From the NCBI GenBank assembly GCA_049287345.1, contig JBAQFQ010000017.1, forward strand, positions 4,555 to 68,554: 64,000 nt of DNA. The letters are read 5' to 3'. The notes beneath the pieces are model-generated. The model saw nothing but the letters and a program-made list of their open reading frames with translations. It searched no databases and had not been told where the DNA came from. Source of the stretch: Candidatus Moraniibacteriota bacterium. Lineage in GTDB: Bacteria; Patescibacteriota; Minisyncoccia; Moranbacterales; UBA9337. Positions 56,919 through 64,000 of this stretch are shown piece after piece (within the stretch, counting starts at the first letter, position 1; each line of letters starts with the position of its first letter). A program made the position numbers and the translations under genes.

Positions 56919-57740
56919 ATGGTGAAAAAATTTATCAATAAGACTAAGGGCATTTTATTTGCTAGTCCCAAGCTACTTTATAAGAATGAGAAGCATCTAG
57001 TTAATAAGACTTTTTATTTTAAGGGAAAAAATAACAAAGCCGTGCTGCTTCTACATGGTTGGACAGCTACTCCTTATGAGTTGAGAAGGTTGGCAATTTA
57101 TCTCAATGAGGCGGGTTATACAGTTTATGGCCCGATGCTTCGAGGACACGGAACCAAGCCAGCTGATTTGGAAAAAGTTACTTATTTGGATTGGCTGGAG
57201 GACGCCCGATTGGCTTATGAAAAATTAAAAAGAACTCACGATAAAGTTTTTGTGGGTGGAACCTCATTGGGTGGGACAGTGGCCCTGTCTTTAGCTAAGG
57301 AATTTAAGGAAATTGATGGATTAATCTTGATGGCTACTCCATATAAAATAAGAATGGAAAAGGTGGGATCATTGCTGGTATTTTTATTGAGTTTATTTAA
57401 GAAATATAAAAAGAAATTTTATCCACCAACTTTTGGCTCAAGAAAAACTATTACAAGAATTATCTCTTATCAGACTTACCCGATTAAAAATGTTTTAGAA
57501 GTGGGGAAGTTGGTTAATTATTCTAGGAAAGATTTGAATGAGATAACTCAACCTTGCTTGATTATGCAATCCTCTAGCGATCATATCGTGGCTAGAAATA
57601 GCTTAGCTAAAATTTATAAAAAAATAGGTTCCAGGGTTAAAAAGAAAAAATATGTAAAAAGATCTTATCATACTTTTATCTCTGATATAAAAAATGAGCA
57701 CGTTTTTGAAGATATTTTAAAGTTTATTGAGCTGATATAA
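56919..57740 (+). CDS. Alpha/beta hydrolase (esterase/lipase)
   Basis: HGW oxyanion region and GGTSLGG nucleophile elbow (GxSxG). Confidence 0.7.
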   Translation: MVKKFINKTKGILFASPKLLYKNEKHLVNKTFYFKGKNNKAVLLLHGWTATPYELRRLAIYLNEAGYTVYGPMLRGHGTKPADLEKVTYLDWLEDARLAYEKLKRTHDKVFVGGTSLGGTVALSLAKEFKEIDGLILMATPYKIRMEKVGSLLVFLLSLFKKYKKKFYPPTFGSRKTITRIISYQTYPIKNVLEVGKLVNYSRKDLNEITQPCLIMQSSSDHIVARNSLAKIYKKIGSRVKKKKYVKRSYHTFISDIKNEHVFEDILKFIELI

Positions 57741-57745
57741 AAAGT

Positions 57746-58906
57746 ATGAAAATTGCCATTTTTACCAACAATTATTTACCCAACCCTTACGGAGTGACAA
57801 CTTCGGTAGAAAGTTTTAGAAAAGAGTTTGAAAAAGATGGTCATCAAGTTTATATTTTTGCCCCAAATTATTTGAATTATAAGGATAAAAATAAAAATGT
57901 TTTTCGCTATCCTGCTTTGGATATTAAATATAAAATTAAATTTCCTGTGCCTATTCCTTATTCAAATAAGCTAAGACGATTAATAGCTAACTTAGATATT
58001 GATATTATTCACTCTCAGCATCCTAATCTTTTGGGCAGTGTCGCGATGCGCTGGGCCAAAAAAAAGAAAATTCCACTAGTTTTTACTTGGCACACTATTT
58101 ATGATAAATATACTCACTACACTCCTTTGGTACCCAGGAAGTTGGCAAATTATTGGGTAATAGGAAATTCAGTTAGATATGCTAACCGAGTAAATAGGAT
58201 AATTATTCCCACTGAGGGGGTGCACGAAATTATTAATAATTGGGGAAATACCAATACTAATGTGAGTGTGATTGCGACTGGGGTAGATGAGGAAATTTTT
58301 AAAAATCCTCAAGAAAATAAGATTAGGGAGACATTGGGAATAGCTAAAGATAAAATGGTATTACTTTCCATCTCTCGTTTAACGGAGGAAAAGAATGTTG
58401 TTTTTTTGATTCGAGAAGTCGTTAAAGTTTTAAAGAAAAATAAGCAAGCAGTTTTTATTTTGGGTGGAGATGGTTATTTGAAAGATGAGTTGATAAAAAT
58501 AATTAATCAATCTGGTGTAGGCAAGCAAGTTTTCTTATTGGGATTAGTTGAGCGTGACCAAATAAAAAATTATTTAAATATTGCAGATATTTTCGTTTAT
58601 GCATCCCTAAGTGAAACTCAGGGTACAATTATTACGGAGGCGATGTATGGAGGGCTACCAATTGTGGCCTTGGATGGTTTGGGTATAAGGGATTTAATCA
58701 AGCACAGAAAGACCGGAATATTAGTAAGGAAAAGTAATACTTTTGCTCGACAAATCAATAATCTAATTGCCAATACTGAGCTCACTCAGACCTTGGGACA
58801 AAACGCCAAGCAAGAAGCTCAAAAAAAGTACACCAGTCGGGTTTGTGCAAAGAAGATGCTAAAAATTTATCAAGATTTGATAGCAAAAAATAATTTATCA
58901 AAGTAG
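57746..58906 (+). CDS. GT4 family glycosyltransferase
   Basis: GT-B fold; C-terminal E-x7-E (SETQGTIITEAM). Confidence 0.75.
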   Translation: MKIAIFTNNYLPNPYGVTTSVESFRKEFEKDGHQVYIFAPNYLNYKDKNKNVFRYPALDIKYKIKFPVPIPYSNKLRRLIANLDIDIIHSQHPNLLGSVAMRWAKKKKIPLVFTWHTIYDKYTHYTPLVPRKLANYWVIGNSVRYANRVNRIIIPTEGVHEIINNWGNTNTNVSVIATGVDEEIFKNPQENKIRETLGIAKDKMVLLSISRLTEEKNVVFLIREVVKVLKKNKQAVFILGGDGYLKDELIKIINQSGVGKQVFLLGLVERDQIKNYLNIADIFVYASLSETQGTIITEAMYGGLPIVALDGLGIRDLIKHRKTGILVRKSNTFARQINNLIANTELTQTLGQNAKQEAQKKYTSRVCAKKMLKIYQDLIAKNNLSK

Positions 58907-58927
58907 ATGCAATCCATAAAGAGTTTT

Positions 58928-59899
58928 TTATTCTGAAGTGAGTTCTTCTTTTTGAGATAAGGTTTTAAGGACAGCTTTAAAATCTGCCGGTGTCGGGGCA
59001 GTAAAATTAAACTCTTCTCCAAAGAGAGTAAATTCTATCTGGCTAGCGTGCAGCATATGGCGCGTAGCAGCGGTAAACTTTTCATAATTTTTTTTGCGAT
59101 AAAGATTGTCGCCAACAATCGGGTGACCAATCGAGGAGAGGTGCACTCGGATTTGATGGGTCCGACCGGTTTGAGGAGAGACTTCAATAAGTGAAAAATT
59201 ATCTCCTAATTTTTCTAAAACTTTGTAATGCGTAAGAGCTTCGCGAATTTTAGTTTTAGTTCTTTTTCCGGCAATGGTTTGTTTGCGATAATTGGTAGTT
59301 CGCGCTAGAGCTTTATCAATCAAACCTTCTTGCTCTAGTGGCACCCCATAGCTAATAGCTAAATATTTTTTGGTAATAGTTTTTTCTTGAAACATGTTTT
59401 TAAATTCCAAGAATGATTTTTTGTTTTTGGCGATAATTAAGATGCCAGAAGTTTCTTTGTCTAGGCGGTGGACAATCCCGGGTCGCATCTGATATGAATA
59501 TACGTGGTCATCTTTAAGTTTGGCAATTTCTGGATATTGAAAAATTAACCCATTAACAATAGTATTCTCTTTTTCATTGAAATCAGGGTGCACTTGAATC
59601 CCCGCTGGTTTATTGATAACTAAAAAATCTTCATTTTCAAAAATGACAGCTAGCTTTATTTCTGGATTGGGAATTAATACTTCCTCCACCTTTTTAATAT
59701 TGATAGTTACCTGATCATTTGCGCTTGTTTTATAGCTAGGTTTAACCTTTTGTCCATTAACTAAGATTTTTCCACCTTTAATCGCACGGATAAAATCTCC
59801 GCGGGAAAATCCCAGCAAATTTTCTTCTTTTAAGCTAAGATTAGCTAAAATTTTATCTAAACGCTTATTGGCGTTGTATTCTTCTATTATTATCTCCAT
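58928..59899 (-). CDS. rluD: RluA/RluD-family 23S rRNA pseudouridine synthase with N-terminal S4 domain
   Basis: HRLDKETSGILIIAK catalytic Asp motif; S4-like N-terminus. Confidence 0.8.
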   Translation of the reverse strand: MEIIIEEYNANKRLDKILANLSLKEENLLGFSRGDFIRAIKGGKILVNGQKVKPSYKTSANDQVTINIKKVEEVLIPNPEIKLAVIFENEDFLVINKPAGIQVHPDFNEKENTIVNGLIFQYPEIAKLKDDHVYSYQMRPGIVHRLDKETSGILIIAKNKKSFLEFKNMFQEKTITKKYLAISYGVPLEQEGLIDKALARTTNYRKQTIAGKRTKTKIREALTHYKVLEKLGDNFSLIEVSPQTGRTHQIRVHLSSIGHPIVGDNLYRKKNYEKFTAATRHMLHASQIEFTLFGEEFNFTAPTPADFKAVLKTLSQKEELTSE

Positions 59900-60216
59900 A
59901 GGTATTGTCTTTAATTTGAAATTATTGATGCTTGTTAGTTATAAGCTATTATCTTTTAAATAGCAAATCTAAATATAATCGAGTGTTAATATGACAAAAT
60001 GCTAATATGCAGATACTCTTGCCAAAAATGAACTTTTGATATAGACTAACACTAAGATAATTATTAAGAAAATTTAATATTTATAGAATGTTTTAATTCT
60101 ATCAGTTTTCTTTATAATTTCCTATTGCATGGGAAATTTTTGTTTTTATCTAAGTGCCATTTTAATTATTAATAAAAAGTAGATTGCGGCACGAATTTAC
60201 AAGTTTTTACAAATAA

Positions 60217-61596
60217 ATGAGTAATAAAGGAAATATTTTGGATACTTTGGTGGATAGTGTAAAAGTAGACGAAAATAGTAAAAAAGCTGCCACTAAAACA
60301 GTGGTTAAAGAAGAAGATAATTCAGTGATGGGAAAATTGTTGCAAGGTTCATCCTTGGAGTTTCCTGAGCTGGGTGATGTTTTAGACGGAGTGGTAATTG
60401 ATATTAGCCCACATTCTGTTCTTTTGGATTTGGGAAGTTTTGGTACAGGAATAGTTTATGGTAAAGATACTAGAGATGGCTTAAGAGGTGATATAAAGTT
60501 AAAGTTGGGAGATAAGGTCCATGCTACTTTAACAAGTTTGGAAAATGAAGATGGCTACATAGAATTATCTATTAGAGAGGCTTCTTATGAGAAAGCTTGG
60601 GAAGATTTGGAATCAAAGAAAGATAATGAAGAGGCTGTTAATACCAGAGTTTTGGATGCTAATAAGGGTGGATTGATGATTGAAATTAATGGTATCGGAG
60701 GTTTCTTGCCAGTTTCTCAATTGGCTAGTGAACATTATCCAAGAGTAGAGGATGGAAATAAAAATAAGATTTTAGAAAAACTAAAGAGATTGGTAGGTCA
60801 AACTTTATTGGTTAAAATTATCGATACTTATCGAGATGAGGAAAAATTGATCGTAAGTGAAAAAGCAGCGATGAGTGAAAAAGAACAGGCTATGATTTCT
60901 CGTCTTAAAGAAGGTGATACTATCGAAGGTGAAGTTAGTGGTGTAGTTGACTTCGGTGCTTTTGTTAAATTTCTTCCTATGGGAGTTAAGATGGCCGATG
61001 ACTCTATTGAAGGTGATAAATTAGAGGGATTGGTACATATTTCAGAATTAGCTTGGCAGTTAATTGATAATCCACGAGAGATTATTAAGGTTGGAGACAA
61101 AATCAAAGCTAAAATTATTGGTATTGATGACGCTAGAATTTCTCTTTCTATTCGTGCTTTGGCTAAGGATCCTTGGAAAGAGGCTCAAGAAAAATATGAG
61201 GCTGGAAAAATATATAAGGGTAAAGTGGATAAAATTAATCATTTTGGAGCCTTTGTTTATTTAGATGAAAATATCCATGGTTTAGCACATATTAGTGAAT
61301 TTAGTGAGATGTATCCTGGTAAGAAGATGGATGAGATGATGGAAGCTGGCAAGGAATATGATTGGAAAGTGCTCTCTATCGAACCTAAAGATCATCGTAT
61401 GGGATTAGTTTTAGTAGATGAGTCTGCTAAAGTTGAGGAAAAGGAAACTAAAAAAGCAGTTAAAAAGGAGAAAGTTGCTAAAGAAGAGGTGATTGAAAAA
61501 AAACCTGCTAAAAAAACAACTAAAAAAGAAACTGTAAAAAAAGAATCCTCCTCTGCTAAAGCTAAGGCGGACAAGAAAAAGACTTCTGAAAAATAG
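60217..61596 (+). CDS. rpsA: 30S ribosomal protein S1 (four S1 repeats, Lys-rich C-terminal tail)
   Basis: Repeated S1 OB-fold signatures (G..V.G.V..I...G.FV.L..G..G..H.S). Confidence 0.8.
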   Translation: MSNKGNILDTLVDSVKVDENSKKAATKTVVKEEDNSVMGKLLQGSSLEFPELGDVLDGVVIDISPHSVLLDLGSFGTGIVYGKDTRDGLRGDIKLKLGDKVHATLTSLENEDGYIELSIREASYEKAWEDLESKKDNEEAVNTRVLDANKGGLMIEINGIGGFLPVSQLASEHYPRVEDGNKNKILEKLKRLVGQTLLVKIIDTYRDEEKLIVSEKAAMSEKEQAMISRLKEGDTIEGEVSGVVDFGAFVKFLPMGVKMADDSIEGDKLEGLVHISELAWQLIDNPREIIKVGDKIKAKIIGIDDARISLSIRALAKDPWKEAQEKYEAGKIYKGKVDKINHFGAFVYLDENIHGLAHISEFSEMYPGKKMDEMMEAGKEYDWKVLSIEPKDHRMGLVLVDESAKVEEKETKKAVKKEKVAKEEVIEKKPAKKTTKKETVKKESSSAKAKADKKKTSEK

Positions 61597-61611
61597 ATCT
61601 TAAATTTTGCG

Positions 61612-61655
61612 AAAACAAAAACCGCAAGACTTAAGGTCTTTGCGGTTTTTTGTTT
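61612..61655 (+). terminator. Rho-independent terminator
   Basis: AAAACCGCAAGAC-TTAA-GGTCTTTGCGGTTTTTTG. Confidence 0.7.
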
Positions 61656-61684
61656 TTTAAATAAACATTAACTTTTAAAAAAAT

Positions 61685-62254
61685 ATGTCAAAGTCAAATA
61701 TTTTTATTATTTCTGGTCCTTCTGGGGCTGGAGAGGATTCAATAATTGATGGTTTGAAGAAAAAATTTGAAGTAGAGAAAATTGTTACAACAACAACTCG
61801 TCAAATGCGCCCAGGCGAATCGCATGGAAAGCAATATTATTTTATTTCCAAGGATGAATTTATGGAAAAAATAAAAAATGATGAATTTGCCGAGTATGCC
61901 CAAGAATATAATGACAATTTTTATGGTGTCACCAAAGATGAACTGGAGAGAGTTAATGGTTGCGGTAAAATTGGGTTATGGAAAATAGAGTATAAGGGCG
62001 TCATGACAGCTAAAAAGAAGTTTCCAGAAATTAAATCTATATATATTGCACCGCCATCTTTAGAAATATTGAAAAAGAGGATAATGAAAAGAGATAATGT
62101 TAGTGAAGAATATGTGAATGAGCGGATGGAATATACAAAAGAATGGATGAAATTTGAACATATTTATGATTATAAAGTGGTGAATGAGGAGGATAAACTT
62201 GATGATGCAATTATTGAGGTTGCTAATATTATAAAAAATAATATTAGTGAATAG
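61685..62254 (+). CDS. gmk: Guanylate kinase homolog with degenerate Walker A (GPSGAGEDS instead of GPSGAGKS/T)
   Basis: Collinear with Gmk: TTRQMRPGESHGKQYYF, Y..YG, IEYKG, IYIAPPS are conserved, but the P-loop Lys is Glu and Ser/Thr is Asp. Confidence 0.7.
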   Translation: MSKSNIFIISGPSGAGEDSIIDGLKKKFEVEKIVTTTTRQMRPGESHGKQYYFISKDEFMEKIKNDEFAEYAQEYNDNFYGVTKDELERVNGCGKIGLWKIEYKGVMTAKKKFPEIKSIYIAPPSLEILKKRIMKRDNVSEEYVNERMEYTKEWMKFEHIYDYKVVNEEDKLDDAIIEVANIIKNNISE

Positions 62255-62282
62255 TTTAAACAAAAAAATCAAACTTCCCAGA

Positions 62283-62368
62283 TGTGTCATTTCGACCGGA
62301 GCGACAGCGGAGTGGAGAAATCTAAATTAATATTTTGAGATATCCGGGTCAAGCCCGAATATGACAAG
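62283..62368 (+). repeat. Family-2 intergenic element, copy B (TGTGTCAT ... AAATCT ... ATTTTGAGAT + hairpin ATATCCGGG-TCAAG-CCCGAATAT + GACAAG)
   Basis: Alignable to 1022..1138; different hairpin sequences, same layout. Confidence 0.5.
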
Positions 62369-62377
62369 AATCTTTCA

Positions 62378-63358
62378 ATGCATAGGCTAATCAAAAAAAT
62401 TCAAACCTTTTCACATCAATTTGATCTTTGGCAAGAAGGGGCTAAAATCGTGGTGGGAGTTTCGGGCGGACCAGATAGTGTCTGCCTTTTGGATATTTTG
62501 GTGCATTTGGCTAAAAAAAGAAAATTCGAACTTTTGGTGGCACATGTTAATTATGGACTGCGATTGGAGGATAGTGATAAAGATGAATTATTTGTGCGAA
62601 AGTTGGGACAAAAATATAATTTAAGATTAGAGGTGTTAGATGCTAAAAAAGAAAGTCAAAAAAAACAGACAGAAAATTTTTTACGAAATGTCCGGTATGA
62701 TTTTTTTGAAAAAATTAGAAAAGAAAATAACTTTGATTTGATTGCCGTAGCTCACAACCAAGATGATCAAGCAGAGACAATTTTAATGCGCTTGATTCGC
62801 GGCGCTGGACTTTGGGGGCTCATGAGCATTCGGCCAAAAAATAATAAAATTATTCGACCATTACTGGATATTAGTCGCGGAGAAATCATTGATTATTTAA
62901 AGGAAAGTGAGCTAAGTTATCGGGTGGATAAGACCAATAAGGAGAATAAATTTTTGCGAAATAAAATTAGAAATAAATTGATTCCCTCTATAGAAAAGGA
63001 ATATAATCCAATCTTAAGACAAACGTTAGCTAATTCAGCTCGCGTAATTGCTGATGATTATGATTTTATCTCTAGCAGTGTGGATAAAATTTTTAAAAAA
63101 ATTAGTTTTGATGAAGTGAGTAATAGTTATTTTTTTGAAAGTCATAAATTTAGTAAAAATCATTTAGCTCTACAAAAGCACCTTTTGCGAAAAATAGTTT
63201 TTAAGTTAAGAAAAAATATTTTAAATGTTGAAAATGCTCATTTGGAGGAAATCATAAAAATTATTAAAAGCGATAAAAATAAAGCTCAGCGGATGAATTT
63301 CCAAGGCTTGAAAATTAGTAAAAAAGGTGATATTATCTACATTAGCACTGAAAAGTGA
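62378..63358 (+). CDS. tilS: tRNA(Ile)-lysidine synthetase
   Basis: PP-loop VGVSGGPDSV; ~320 aa. Confidence 0.8.
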   Translation: MHRLIKKIQTFSHQFDLWQEGAKIVVGVSGGPDSVCLLDILVHLAKKRKFELLVAHVNYGLRLEDSDKDELFVRKLGQKYNLRLEVLDAKKESQKKQTENFLRNVRYDFFEKIRKENNFDLIAVAHNQDDQAETILMRLIRGAGLWGLMSIRPKNNKIIRPLLDISRGEIIDYLKESELSYRVDKTNKENKFLRNKIRNKLIPSIEKEYNPILRQTLANSARVIADDYDFISSSVDKIFKKISFDEVSNSYFFESHKFSKNHLALQKHLLRKIVFKLRKNILNVENAHLEEIIKIIKSDKNKAQRMNFQGLKISKKGDIIYISTEK

Positions 63359-63384
63359 AAATAATTTGTTAAAATAAAATTACA

Positions 63385-64000
63385 ATGGATAAATTTTTTA
63401 AAAACGTATTAGCGCCAACTTTGTTAGTTTTTTTGTTAATTTCAGGCTTAATGATTTTGTATAAATCACCCAAAGATAAGGTGGAAGATATTACTTTATC
63501 TAAATTAGTCAGCCAAATTAATGCCAATGAAGTTAAACAAATAGCAGTTGAGGGTGGTAATCTTAAAATAGAATTAGCTAATGGTACTAAGGAAAAAGCT
63601 TCTAAGGAAGTAGAGAGCTCTTTGGTGGAAACTTTAGCTAACTATGGCGTTGATAAGGGAGCCTTACAAAAGATTGATATTGAAATCAAGAGAGAGTCTG
63701 GCATGGCGCTTTGGGCGGGAATAATTTTACCTTTCTTATTACCCATTCTTTTGATTGTGGGATTTTTATGGTTCATGATGCGTCAGGCGCAAAGAGGAAA
63801 TTCTCAAGCGATGTCTTTTGGGATGAGCAAGGCAAGAATGCTTGATCCTAAAGATAAAAAGAAGAGAACAATGTTTAAGGATGTGGCTGGAGCTAAAGAA
63901 GCCAAGGAGGAGTTAATGGAAATAGTGGAATTTTTAAAACATCCAAAGAAGTTTCTTGATATGGGCGCTAAAATTCCTAAAGGAGTTTTATTATTAGGGC
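63385..64000 (+). CDS. ftsH: ATP-dependent zinc metalloprotease FtsH, N-terminal part (continues beyond window)
   Basis: N-terminal TM, periplasmic domain, second TM, then the [21 protein letters not shown] start of the AAA module. Confidence 0.85.
   Translation, partial: MDKFFKNVLAPTLLVFLLISGLMILYKSPKDKVEDITLSKLVSQINANEVKQIAVEGGNLKIELANGTKEKASKEVESSLVETLANYGVDKGALQKIDIEIKRESGMALWAGIILPFLLPILLIVGFLWFMMRQAQRGNSQAMSFGMSKARMLDPKDKKKRTMFKDVAGAKEAKEELMEIVEFLKHPKKFLDMGAKIPKGVLLLG

Noticed and set aside
2042-61574. The ~45 short (60-140 aa) ORFs in the track that lie antisense or out of frame within larger genes (e.g. 794-997, 2432-2767, 8439-9120, 10955-11224, 20894-21307, 28169-28614, 42242-43262, 44993-45271, 48356-48946, 49369-49707, 55032-55563, 56005-56310, 60828-61574).
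   Set aside because: Each overlaps a confidently identified gene on the other strand or frame, and none has a recognisable motif or SD. They are treated as non-coding.
1-64000. CRISPR arrays, transposases, integrases, prophage structural genes, rRNA.
   Set aside because: No regularly spaced direct repeats, no DDE/tyrosine-recombinase motifs, and no long rRNA-like conserved stretches were seen. The only repeats are the short intergenic families reported above.

Overview
This 64 kb window is AT-rich and densely coding, with small genes and reduced biosynthetic content; it looks like a reduced-genome bacterium of the CPR/Patescibacteria type (inference). About 60 CDS and two tRNAs are supported. 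Genes recognised from conserved motifs are: MltG/YceG (a partial copy at the 5' edge plus a second full copy), a NUDIX hydrolase, a PIF1/RecD-like helicase, LexA, and an M23 peptidase. The full MEP-pathway block dxr-ispD-ispF-ispE is present, as are scpA-scpB and a cell-wall block of a D,D-carboxypeptidase, murG, murC and murB. Ribosome-associated genes are hpf, rplU, rplY/ctc and rpsA. Replication and translation factors include recR, dnaB, groES without groEL, def-fmt, valS, tsaD, a gmk-like gene, tilS, a partial ftsH and an RluD-like pseudouridine synthase. A GT2 + GT4 + GT-C-like glycosylation operon is followed by a divergent FtsW/RodA gene. Other calls are an Hsp20, a VanW protein, a DedA protein, an alpha/beta hydrolase, tRNA-Arg(TCT) and tRNA-Lys(CTT). 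The most unusual signals are non-coding. The first is a ~105-nt intergenic element in 4 same-orientation copies (8182, 9421, 21382, 39278), one of which supplies the last codons of dxr. The second is an element family with conserved TGTGTCAT and AGATCT-like flanks around a covarying hairpin (1022, 62283, and a third copy inside a long structured 5' leader at 49199-49309 behind a consensus sigma70 promoter). The third is a ~530-nt ORF-free hairpin-rich convergent region (22460-22990), and the fourth is arrays of AATGTT and GTCATCA hexamers. Protein-level oddities: a sigma70-region-4 + HARE-HTH protein next to a membrane protein and an orphan VirD4/TrwB-like ATPase with a C-terminal zinc ribbon; a secreted caspase-like peptidase; an overlapping pair of an acidic 127-aa gene and a 61-aa CCPFCGRC gene; an orphan AbrB/MazE-like 54-aa gene; a guanylate-kinase homolog with a degenerate Walker A; and a TsaD with a low-complexity insertion. 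No transposase, integrase, CRISPR array or rRNA was seen.
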